Positions 24,932-37,800 of a stretch of 64,000 nt of DNA are shown here, one piece after another. How positions within the stretch are numbered: position 1 is the first letter of the stretch; the number at the start of each line of letters is the position of its first letter. A model generated the notes under the pieces. The model was not told where the DNA came from and did no database searches. It saw only the letters and a program-made list of their open reading frames with translations. This DNA comes from Catajapyx aquilonaris (taxonomy: Eukaryota): the NCBI GenBank assembly GCA_000934665.2, contig KZ538195.1, positions 1-64,000 on the forward strand, written 5' to 3'. The position numbers were made by a program, and so were the translations under genes.

Positions 24932-27900
24932 CTATTTGGCCAGATTGGTCCCCAGCCTAGTCATATCACGCTTAAAATCCATGAAGCAGCCACTCTCCAC
25001 AAATGCATCACGTATGGCTTCCTCCAGCTTCTCAGTGTTTGGAATTGTCTCACATGAAGGAACATTCAGCATGATGTCAAAGAACTCACTCCACATTCCC
25101 CTTTGCCACCATCGCTTCAGTGATGACTTGATCTTGTTCCGCCCATTCACCTTGCTGAACTTCAAATACTCACCAAACAGCAAACAATGAACAGTAGAAG
25201 CGATCCCAAAAAGATCTGTCTGATATGTCCAGGGTTGTCCATCAATCATCTCAGGGCAAACAAACTGGTCTGTAGTGACTGCTTTCGTGAAGGTGGTACC
25301 TGATGGAAACAGGCGCATGTCGATGCTGCGTCCAAAGTCAATCAGCTTAAGGCATGGACGACCGGGATGGAACACATCGTGTGGATCTGTCGAGGTCACT
25401 TCAGGTCTGAAAATATATTAATAAGGGCTAGTTCAATAATAATAATAATAATAATAATAATGTAATAATCCTTGGGTAGTGCCTGACCCTCTTAGGGTAT
25501 GCGGCACGGACCTTTATTGTATCTTTATTGTACATGCAGTGGAACCTGATTTTTGAACCGCCCGGGCCGACGGGCAGGATGACAGGAGGGGATGTGCAAG
25601 GTGCAGTGCAATGTCTTAAACGTGGCCATTTTTAGTGAACTCCCCCGGGCGGTTTAGTCTGTGGAAATACCACCCAAGACGAAGCCAGAGGTGACCCTGA
25701 ACTCTGCACGAGATGAATGCCAAAGGTCAACTATGTGTTCCAGATATACCATTGATCATGGTACTGGACATAAGTGGTGGTCGACAAACCAATACAAGTG
25801 TCTAGGGTGACGGAAGAGACTTCAAAACACCATGACTTCAACTTGTTCATATTTTAACTGTGGGAGGATTGGGCGGGGGATTTTGCTGAAAATTGGATAT
25901 GTTGCAGCCCAGACCATCCTGATCAATGTCGGATAGGGACATTTAGAGGTAGGACCTACAGGGAGCATGCTAATTGCTATTCATCGAAGAGGCTAGAAGA
26001 CTGCTGAGAGAGAAACCTCGCTTCCTTACATTGACCCAATGAATGTTGAAGTGCAGCTGGAGGAAACTCCAGATGACAACCTTCATGGAGTAGAATAATT
26101 TGAACCAGATGAGTAGGTAATCAAGATTAATAGATAATTAATGCAATAACCATTGAGTTCCTGAGACTTATTGTAGTCTACTACCCCCCTATTACTTGCG
26201 GAGGTCATTTGCATGCTCCTTGTAGGTCCTACCTCGAAATGTCCCTATCTAACATTGATCAGGATGGTCTGGGCCACAACATATCCAATTTTCAGGCAAA
26301 GCGAACGGAAGGCCACTCGCCCATATATTTTGTGCCTCATCCTTTATTTACTACTAGGGTATCATGCAACGCATTGTCTCAATAGTGGTGCCACTTTATG
26401 GGGGATACATAAGCGTTCAAGAATATTTTATGTAATAGGGTTGGATTTTAAATAGTGGCAACCCTGTTCCCCTTGCGCACGGAAACGAGGTTGTGGCTTC
26501 TGCGCAAGAAGGGAGATCCAGACAGAGGTGGGGCTTGTTCATGTCACATTTGGACCCAATTGTGCTACTGGTGATGGTGAGGCAGCATCCTCGTGAACCG
26601 CCCTAAGCCATGCCATCGAAGTTAGAACAGCACTTTTTGTTGAAGATCAAGGTGGCAAGAGGCCATGACAATGCTCAGTACTACCGCCACTTGGAACACC
26701 ATATAAGACCAGCAATATGACGCAAGCAACCGCATTTCCTGAACACCAGCCCCATCGTGTTGCCATGCCTCAGCTGTAGTGACAGAATTATTGCTTTGTT
26801 GGCAATGGGAAACACTGCAGCATCCTCCCTACTTTCCAGACATGACCCCTTGCAATTTTGATTATTTTGTTCACAAAACTGAAGGAACCAGTGCAAGGAA
26901 ACGTATCCAGAGAATTTAAGCGATAATACACGCTTTAGGGCGGGTGATTGCAGATATCAACAAACATCACACTGCTGACGGCATCCAATGCACAAAGGAA
27001 TTTTTTTGGATGATTATACAGATTTGGAACTTTGAGTAACAAATCTCATCTACTGCCAGGAAAACTGATGAGTGGGTATAGAGTGGTTGTATATCCTTAT
27101 CTGTAGGATTTTTTTTTTCAAAAACGAAACAAATTGGTCCAATGAAATTTACTCACGTTGTAGACATGCACTATATAGCTCAAAAACATGGGAGACAATT
27201 TTGCATTTGGTTTCAAATGCAAAATCGTCTGTCTTTTTGAGCGATATAGCACATGTAGTGTCTTTGTACAATCTTTTGTAATTTTCAAAAGTAGAGTTTT
27301 TGAAAGATTTGAAAATCAGTGTAAATATAGATTTTAAATTTTATAAAATATAACTGACATAATATATCCATTTTCAACAAATTGGAGCTAAAACAATTAA
27401 ATGGTGATATTTAACAACTTCGGAATAAATTAAATACCAAACACTTACATTGGGTTTTGGGAATTTATCACATGTTGGTAACTTGTGAACTACTATCCCC
27501 AAGAGATAATAAGATATATACTTGCCCAAAGCCACAATAATTTGGCCACCTTGAAATCGTCGCTGCTCTATTTGCAGAGAGGCATCACGCGCTCATAAAA
27601 TGACACCCAGGGTGCCAGAAAGGTGTCCACTGAAAAGGGTGAATCCTGGCCCATGATTACACTAAATATGGAACCTTTAGGATAATTACCATATTTAATA
27701 CAAGGTATTTAAAGTCCGTCACAAGGTACAGAACAATTCGGCCATAGCGCTCACTGTGCCAAAATAAATCAGCCAGATGATGTGACCCCACTGTAGTAGG
27801 GAAAATTGTAAGGCATATGAAAATTTGCCATTGGCATTCTCGTCATGTATCATATGAACATCTTGTCAGGTGCAAACATGGAACGTGGAAGAACACTTGG

Positions 27901-28768
27901 GGGTGAAATCTTGAAGGTTCGCGAAGATGACAAATTCACGTGCACCCTGGCAAGACAACTTCGGACCACTGCACTGTGGAAAAAATCGCGAAGTTCATGG
28001 GTCAGATTCCCAATTTGGCAACCTTGTAATGTCCAGTCCAAACATACTTAGGCATATCTAAAAATAACCAGAGCAACATGTGGTGCAGGTGCAAGTGTTG
28101 GAGCTTGGATTTCAACATGACAGCCATAGGGTACGGTTCCAAGTGGCCTTGTTCTCGCGGCAGTAGAAGTGTGTTGATCAACTTTTCCAGTTGTTTAAGA
28201 TTGTGCTGCCTTTTCCTTATTGGAAATGTCCAGCAACATCACTAATTTTTACGTCATCGAGTAGTTGAAAATGTGTAGTTTCACTGTTGATAAATGGTTT
28301 TATCATAATGTAAATGATATGCCCATTATTGCTCATGTTAGAGAAGGATGAAAAATACGAATAAGAACAAGTGTAGGTCACATTAAATTTTGACCTACAA
28401 AGTGCTGCGCACGCTTGCGCTTCTGTTTTTGAAGTGGAATAACATACTGGTATATGTCACATTCTGTGCCTATAAGCTTTTCTTGCGCTTTTTTGCGCGC
28501 TACGAGAAACGAGCATTTCTTTAGGAAGGTGTGCTATTATAGTGATCTGATTTGATACGATTTTAAAAATTGGTTAAACGAGTCCCAAAGACTTAAGTTT
28601 TGGCAACTGGATTTTGGGGACCTTGCTCTTTCACGTGCAACAATTTATCGGTGGTTTCAATAATTTAAAATAGGAAGAATGTCACTGAAAGACAAGGAGA
28701 GAAGTGAGCATCCGACTTCAGCGCGGCGATCGTAGTGACTAGGATAAACGTCGCGACGTTTTCGTCAC

Positions 28769-28827
<59 letters not shown>

Positions 28828-31800
28828 TCATTATCATACCCCGTTATCAGCCGGCTGCTCTTTAGGGGGGAGTTTTTTGTTTTGACTGGAACTCTTTCTT
28901 TGCATTTTTACTTCGCTTTAGGGGATAGGATAGGGGCGGAAGGAAGCGGCTGTGGCCTATTATTTTAGGAAACAACCCCGGCATTTATCTGGAGGGACCG
29001 TGGGAAACCACAGAAAACCACGGTTAGGGTTGCCGGCCCCGGGGATTGAACCCAGGACCTCCCGATTAGCAGTCGGATACCATATCCCCTCCGCCACCAC
29101 TGCTTCGGTACGTTTTCATCACTACGATCGTCCACGTGCATGAGTAACTCCCAGACACTACTAAATTCACGCTAATCCAAACATAAATTGATTTTGCAAT
29201 TTTGCCCTCTGTGCACTGTGATAGGCAAACGACAGTCCGTATCAACGTGTTGACAGTGGCTACATATGCAGGGAAATTACTTCTATCAGGCAAATAAGGG
29301 TGTAGGCAATGTCAGATTTTTTTTTCAACATACACCCTTATTTGCCTGATAGAAGTAATTTCCCTGCATATGTAGCCACTGTCGACACGATTGATACGGA
29401 CTGTTGTTTGCCCATCACAGTGGTCCAAAGTTGTCTTGCCATGGTGCACGTGGATTTGTCTTCTTTGCGAACCTTCAAGATTTCCTCTCAAGTGATCTTC
29501 CAAGTACCATGTTTGTGACTGATAAGATGTCCATATGGTACTATGGGCGCCAAAAGAATTGACCGGAGTTGATGGGTAAATGGCGCTATATACCCATCAA
29601 CTCCGGTCAATTCTTTTGGCGCCCATAGTACATGATGACAATGCCAATAGCAAATTTCCATATGCCTTACAATTTTCTCTGCTACAGTGGGGTCACATCA
29701 CCTGGGCGGTTTATTTTGGCACAGCAAGCGCTATGGCCGAATTATTCTGCACCTTGTGACACACTTTAAATACTTTGTATTAAATACGGTGATTATCCTA
29801 GAGGTTCCATATTTAGTGTAATTGTGGGCCAGGACCCACCCATTTCGGTGGGCACCTTTCCAGCACCCTGGGTGTCATTTTATGTGAGCGTGAGACGCCT
29901 CTCCGCAAATCGAGCAGCCACGATTTCAAGGTGACTGAATTATTCTGGGTTTGGGCAAGTATAATATTTTCCTGCTGTGGGGTAAGTTGCTATTCCAATG
30001 TTCACCTTCATAAAAAAATAGAGGCTGTGAATCTTGCTTTTTTGGGGGGAATCTCACATGGAATAATATTACCCGGTGGCAATTCAGATGAGGTGCTGAA
30101 GCAGGTGTTGCATGATACACAAAGTAAATCACATCAGAAGATGAATGCGCTGTAAAATGCTGTTGTGATGATAACCTCCCCCCTCTCATCAGAATGCTCT
30201 ATTAAAACTTGATACATTGTCATGCCACTCTTACTGATGACATTTTTGCTGCCCAAATGAAAATTGAAATTTCTCTGATTAAAGCAGTCACTTGTTACCA
30301 ATTTATGAGCCAAAAAGTAGGCCAGTTTCAGAAATTGCATGTTTGTTTGTTTTTGTTTATTTGTTTATTTATACCCCATTTGGGAGAACTGCGCTCCATT
30401 AGGGGGGTGGAATACCACCACTGGATGGGACCAAGGACAGGGAAGGAAGTGGCTGTGGCCTATTTTTACGGAAACGACCTCGGAATTATCCTGGGGGGGA
30501 CCGTGGGAAACCACAGAAAACCACAGTCAGGGTTGCCGGCCCCAGGACCTCCTGATTAGCAGTCTGGCTCCTTAACCCCTACACCAACCTGCTTCGGTCA
30601 GAAATGACATGTACACTGTCCTGTACTGTATCGGAAATAAGAAACCATGCCTAGAAGTTGATTACTGGTTGATGGCTGTACAGTACTTCCTCGTACATTA
30701 CTGTACTGTACTATGAAACCCAAGAGATTGAAATCCTAATGTGTTGGACACCTCCCTATCTTGGACAATTTTCTTGGAACCATCAGTGTCCAACATACAG
30801 GTTTTACTGTATATTTCTTTGTATAAGATATATATTGACATTCTTTTGGATTTTAATTTATAACCTATTAGCGTATCCAGAAAGTAAGGTCCGTTACTTG
30901 TTAGAAAAACCACAATGCGCCCCCAAAAATTTTATTTACACATCTGAAATCAACAAGTGTCTACTTTTTTTTCAAAATAGTTTCCAAACAAATCGAGGCA
31001 TTTTTCATCGAGTTACACAAGATTTTGTATGTCGCCAGATCTGCCGCCAGCCATTTCAGCGATCCCTGAATACTGGATTTCAACTGCTCGTCATCGTCAA
31101 CTTTCTGCTTTGCAACTTGCAAGCCATTTCTTCCTGTTCATGGACAGGTGGTAATCGCTAGGCTCTAAATTCCGGGTGATCGAACAATGAGCACTTGAAT
31201 TGTCGCGGCAGGGTTCCAGTTAGCAAAGCAGTAGGCAGGCTGGCATTGTCGCCCAAGATAAACACCAGGAACTCAACATGCTACTACACAACAATTCAAG
31301 GGAGAATATTATTGTTCAATCACCTGGGATTTAGAGCCTAGCGATTACCACCTGTCCATGGACAGGAAGAAATGGCTTGCAGAGCAGATGGTTGACTATG
31401 ACAAGGAGTTGCAATCCAGCGTTCAGGGATCACAGAAATGGCTGGCGGAAGACCTCTATGACACAGGCATACAAAATATTGTGTAACTCATTGAAAAATG
31501 GCTTGATTAGTTTGGAAACTATTTTGAAAAAAGTAGACAGTTGTCGATTTCAGATGTACAAATAATTCGGGGGTGCCTTAGACTCTTTCAATCACTTGCA
31601 CATTTCACTCCCCCGTTCCTTGAAATCTGTGCACATCACATCTATTGCACAAAATGTCCTTGGCCCACAAACCTGTCGCATGTAGAGCATATTATTCGGT
31701 AACTCGGCAACTCTTCTTCCCCTTTCTGCCCACAATGTTCTTTACCGGAGTTGTAAAGCATTTGACATATCCTGGCTTCGTCAACTGACCTGTCTTGGCT

Positions 31801-34800
31801 AAGCCCAACTCCAAACTGACTCAAGACTAGCTCACATATCTCCCAGACATAGGCAGAAACTGCATTCCAAAAGTAATTGACAGCCTTCATCGTCACGATC
31901 ATCCCAGCCAGCCCTTCCCCACCATTCCCCTACTAGTGGGCTTCTCTGGCCCCAAGCCAAATATCTTCCGAAATTGGTTCTATACAACATACACAGAGTG
32001 GGCACAAAATCTGGCCAAGGCTAACATAAATTTCGAAGTTAGACTGATCAACATATCAATTCTGCAGTCGTAGAATAGTACTGATGTCACAATAGGCAAC
32101 AATATCAACACTGTAACAAAATTCAAGTCTTGTGACATCAATACTACTCTAAGGCTGAATAATTGTAGATCTAGGAAGTTGCTGTCCCTTTGCAACAAGT
32201 CTTTGCTGTAGCCAAGACAGCCGGGGAAAAAATCCAGTGCTACCAGGTGGTAATATATCTTATCAAACTTCAATCTGGTCCACTTTAATAAGATACTCAC
32301 ACAGCTTGCAGGAGCCAGTTATCAGGCTTAACATCAGCATGGATTATGCCGCAGCGATGGACCCCTCGGATGATGTGCAACATCTCAAAAGCGAAATACA
32401 TGGCAAGTCCCTCAGGCACAGGAACAGACATCTGCCTGTACTGGTTGATCACATCTAGGAGTGTGCCCTTAGGGTGAAAGGTGGTGGCCAGGACACTCCC
32501 ATTGTTAAAAATCACTCCTTGAAGCACATCAACCACAGCTGCTTTCTGGTAGTGGTGAGGGGAGGGAGGGGTGGAGAGAGAAACGACACTTCATTAATAT
32601 ACTGTATAGGTGCATCAAGACTAAGGACACGGCTAAAATACATTTGATATGCAATAGTCATAAGCTGTACTGTTTCCTAGGATAATGCTGCAGGTGAGCT
32701 ACACCAAAGTGGCATATTCCCAGCTGCACCTTGAAGCCCTGGACATGCATTCTAATTGTTTTGAAAAACATGTGCATGCACCAGCCAGCTGGAAGCACCA
32801 CCATAACATGAGAGCTCAGTAATGAACCTGACATTTTAGAAACACAAGCAGTGCTACATGCACTGAGGGGTGAGTTTTAAAATATTGCCAGAGTGACTTG
32901 GCTCGAGAATAGCTCACTGGCCAGGCATAGGCTAAGTTGTTCTTGTAATCTCAAGACATCTAATTTGAAATAATATCTTGGTCCCACAAGTTTCAAATTA
33001 ATTAAGTTTCACTATAGCCAGTCAGAGAGCACCACCAGAAGCAGTTTGTGGTGCAGGTTGCATTGAGAGCTTATCACAAAGGAGTAAAAGGGATTTTTAA
33101 AATGTGGCTGATCCTACTTAAGGTATGTCTGGTGGAGGTCCCTGAAACTAAAACTGGCACAGAATAAGTAATTTGTTCACTTGCATAGCCTTATGACCAG
33201 CCCGAGGCTCAGACATTGAATGCACTTTTGTCCCTTGAATGGGAATAACACAGCAGCATTGTTTTATTTTCAGGCCTCTCATACATTTCACAACTACAGG
33301 GTGGATGGAAAGTTTCGGACATCCAACACCTATCATATTGTAAAACTGGATTTATGACTAGATCAAATGGAAAAGTGTGGAGTTATCTAATCAAAATTAT
33401 GTCTCACTTACCAAGAAAGATGTATCAAGCCTTTTTGACAGCTCATCACATATGTACATCTCCCATTCACAAGCTGGCTTCTGCACTTTAAGTGCTACTG
33501 ATTTTCCACCAACAACACCACAGAATACTTTGGCGTAAGCCCCAGTTGCAAACTTCCTCTGGACACTGCAGTCAACCCCTCCTATGTTCAGTTCTGTGCC
33601 TTCTCTAATTGATGGCATGGGTACATCTATATAAAAGTAGCCATCGCGCTCCTCAACTCCTGGTTCCACCTTGGACAACAATGCCTCAATCAGGTCCTCA
33701 TCAAATGGATTAGCTGTTCCTGGAAATGGTCCAAGACTGACACGGGCCAGTCTCTCTGCAAGGCGACCACGAGCTGACAAGTCTGCCACCTGGGACATTT
33801 GTGCTGAGGACACGTGTGCCGAGGACACGTGTGCCGACCTGGACCAGTGAGATGACCCATGAGTCGAAGAATGCTGGCATGATGATCCTGAACTACTTGA
33901 TGACTTGTATTCTGATTCTTCCAGAATCATGCTAAGCTCAGGGTGAGTGGCTGGTGGTGGCCCTGGTGGCGCTGGTGGTGCTGGTGGTGCTGGGGCTGCC
34001 GGTGTTGGCAGTGTTAGTGGCACCGTAGCTGGTACCACCTTCTGGCTACTATCCTTTTCAGCACTGTGGAATGGAGTAGAAGAGACAAACTGACCCATTG
34101 GGAAAGTACGAGTACTTGGGTCAGCCATAGTAAAGCTGAGGTGGCGTGTTTCCAGCACATCTTGATCATCTTCACCACTGTCCATTTCCTCTTGATCTGC
34201 AAGAGGTGCCTGAGGAATTGTTGTGGATTCCTGCAAGATGCCAGCCAGATCCCGCTTCTCTTTGAGTTGCACATAGCCAGGTGGTTTGCAGTTCTCCTTG
34301 TCTTCATCATTTGCATCCATAGGCTCTGGTTTTTCTATGCACACATCCATAACAGCAAGTTTCACTGGTACCTCATTATCTGGGCTATCACAGTACACCT
34401 GTACTGGAATATTCTCTTGGTCTTCCTGCACCATTGCAGTGTCATCTTGGTACACTGAGAAAGCAGCTGCGGCAGGAATGTTCGGTGATGATAGCTCTGA
34501 GTCCATTGACCCAATCATGAACGAGGCACCCCACATATCACTGATTACTTTCAGTGCCTCTTTGGTGTTTGCTGTGGCATTGAGGCAAGCAAATGATGAC
34601 CTTCTGCCACTGACTGCTTGGCGTTTAGGCTGAGGGATTGGATTAGGAACCATAAACGGATCAGTCACTGCACCAGTCAATGCCTGGCGGTTGTCATCAA
34701 GCTTTGGGGACAGAGGCAGCCCCTTCATTGGAGAACGAAGCTGCTGTTGCTGCATGCCACTCTTAGCTTGCGGGATATCATCCAACATGGAGACCAATGA

Positions 34801-37800
34801 CTGCTTCTTAGGCTGCTGGGTATCAACTGAGTTGGATGCCATTGACAGATACTTCATTGCCAGTTGTTGTGGTGGGACCTCAGCCTGATGTTGTAGCTCT
34901 CTTTGAAGTCGTTCTAACATGTCTTTTTCAGCTGTTATCCGTTGCATTAGTTTCTCTCGAACCATATGCTCTGCTGCCATTTCCTCCTTCATCTGCTGCA
35001 GCTTAGCATGCTGTGCTGGAGAGAGAAAAACAGGCGGAGAAAATTAAGGTTGCTGAAACAACTTATAAACCAAATGAATATAAATAATACCTTGAATACT
35101 AGCAGCTTCCTCACACTTCCTTTTGAGTTCAAAATACCTTGCTGCTTGAATCTCCTCTACAGAGAACTCTTCATTCCCAGCATATATCTGTTGAAGTAAG
35201 TCCAGTTAGCTTGACAAGCACAAAATTGCTGTAGGGAGAAACAACTTCACCAGTAATGTCAAATTGGTGAATTTTACCAACTCTATTGTTTTGTTATGGG
35301 AAAAGGTAGGTGAAAGAATGAACGTGCATAAAAAATTTAATGCAATCACATTTAGCATTGTCAATTTCTTTTCTACATGGTCATTTTTTATGCAACTGAT
35401 ACTAAGAGCAGTATCTGGCAGTGCTCATTGACCTGGTCATATGACTGGGAAACTCCTGGAGCCTTCATATGGAATGAGCCCCATTGGCAGTCTCTTGCAA
35501 AACCTACCCCATCCGAGGCCAGGCATGCAGTCTGAAAAGCCTCCCATCTTGTTTTTCACACAGGCAATAACACTGCACCATAATCAGGGGTGGTGTGAGT
35601 CAGCTTAAGTGAAGTCATAAAACTCAAGTAAGCTACACATGATCAAAAATTTTACCATGCTAATGTTTTTTTCTGCTTTACGGTTTTATGAATGTGTGCC
35701 TTTTTCCCAAGCAGCCTCCAAACAAAAATCAATCTATTATAATCAAACCTTCATCATTGCAACAGTGTACTGCTTCTTTTCATCAATTGGTTCAAAGTAT
35801 GCTCGTGGGCACCAGAAGTCATCCTTATCCTTGCGGGTCTGCAGTGCTGAGGTTGTTCCCTGCGACGTAGCAGCAGAAGCTCCTTGGTCTTCATCCATGT
35901 AGACTGCAAAGATACAAAACAATGCTGCCAGATATGGAGAAACTCACAAACAACACCTGTTGGAAGTCAGTACTCACCGTGAAAGGGCTGTTGGTGGCCA
36001 GAATTGACCTCACCAAATTCAACAGGCTTCATTCTTCGCTGTTTGGCCTTGTACATGCTCCATTTCCCAGGCTTCTGTTCGTTCTCCTTTATTAAGCGGT
36101 CAAAGGTAGGGACAGCTGAGTAAAACCACTCTTTCATGGGCGGCATCTCTACTTCTGGGGACTCCTCAGAATTTTCATCCTAAGACATTAAAAGAATTGT
36201 TATATTAGAATGCTTGTGTATCATGTTTCAAAAGTATGGTACCACCAATGTCCCCATCCCCATTCTTGCAACATGAGAACAAAGGACTAGATCATCAGTT
36301 CTCAACCTATGCCACATCCCCCCCTGCCAGAAAGTAATTTCAGATATCCCCCGGGCACACCCCACTGGTTGAGAACCGCTGGACTAGATCCCCTACACTC
36401 TGATGTCACTGTGCCTTTCCTGCCGCCAGTTTAAAAAGTCGACCAATGAACTAATACTGTAATAATGGTTTCTAATCACCAGTACGGTAAACCGTACAGT
36501 GATGGCCCACTGTGTCTTGGTTCTTTAAGAAATAAGCTGTGTAAATGCCATACCATGAAAAAGTGACCATGCTGTGACACCTGGAACCCTTGGCTTGAAC
36601 TAGGTCGAAAATCAGTCCACTGAAGTCATTGCAAGAGCAGTAATGGAGGAAGAGAGGCTCGCATGCCGCATCACGCATGTCGATTATGTTCCTCTTTTGC
36701 TTTTGGAATGCACTATACAATGACACATTCTATCTCTCGAACGTCCAATTACGGGAAAAACAGGACTGTCAGGACGTCTAACCTCCAAAAGCGGGATATT
36801 TGAGAGTCCCCAGACAAACTATGGGGAACTAGCAGGACAGGGGCCTAAAAAACAGGACTGTCCTGCCTAAAACAGGACGTCTGGTCACATTCCTATGATA
36901 CTGCTGACAGTTCCCAGGTGATATTTCGAAGTTGGCTGTGTCCTGTTATAAATATCAAGAGGGCTGCCCTAATTCCCTCGAACTGTTCCATCCAAGTCTG
37001 CATGGCCTCTTTCCCTACCAGTTTTAGCTGCACAGAGGCTCCTGGTGGGTTGACACGTGCTACTTGAACCTGTCGTTAAACACATGTGTCTCTCAGGATT
37101 TATACGCAGGTTATGTTGCAAGAAGCCCGGCTGAGCCCATCATGGAACACAACCCCACAACACCATGGTTTCTCATTTATTGAACCAAGAAACATGATTA
37201 CAAACCCCATTGGAGGGAACGAAGCCCTTTTAGGGGGGTGGATTACCACCATTTTTTCTTACGAATTTTCTTTCGCAATTTTCTCTCCGGTGCAGGGATC
37301 AGGATAGGGATTTGTGAGGAGGGGGCACTGGTGCAAGTGCATTGTCTTAATGTTGGGGGTCGTGTGCAGTCTCCCAGGGGGTCAGGTTGCAAGACAACCC
37401 CTAGTTGCGGGTCAGAGATCCCCACCAACACCGCACCTCCTCATGGATGGGTCAAGGATAGGAAAGGAATGGGGTGGCTGTGGCCTATTATTTATGGTAG
37501 TGACCCCAGAATTTTCCTGGGAGGACCGTAGTAAACCACAGAAAACCACGGTCGGGATCGCCGGCCCTGAGACTCAAACCCAGGACCTCCTGATTAGCAG
37601 TCGGACGCCTTATCCACTCCCTAGGTACTATATGATTAGGAAACTCCAGGGGCCCAGCTAGAGGCTAGGACACAAACTCCTACTACCTAACTCTTCCGTC
37701 ACCCACAGTGACTCATGCACAGCCTACCTGATACTGCCTGCCCAGCAAAGGAACGGGGTGTTCCACCTAATTACACAATTGCTATTTCTTAGCATTGAAA

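Larger units (their letters stand above)
27972..29213. mobile_element. Transib-like non-autonomous element
   Basis: Termini CACTGTGGAAAAAATCGC and (reverse complement) CACAGAGGGCAAAATTGC. 5-bp TSD CACTG at 27967-27971 and 29214-29218. The empty site is visible in the opposite foldback arm. Confidence 0.72.
27517..29963. mobile_element. Large foldback element with nested insertions
   Basis: 27517-27971 plus 29219-29303 pair with the reverse complement of 29331-29963 (excluding the 29541-29628 insert). Centre at ~29304-29330. Confidence 0.85.

Noticed and set aside
27060..27130. Hammerhead ribozyme core (CTGATGA...GAAA)
   Set aside because: No supporting stems I-III could be formed by eye.
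28735..28968. Poly-Ile, poly-Asn, poly-Leu and YI-repeat ORFs (also 43426-43726, 46485-46724)
   Set aside because: Translations of (TAA)n and (TA)n microsatellites.
33397..34992. 531-aa ORF as a stand-alone novel gene
   Set aside because: It is the large internal exon of MadBub, with in-phase splice sites on both sides.
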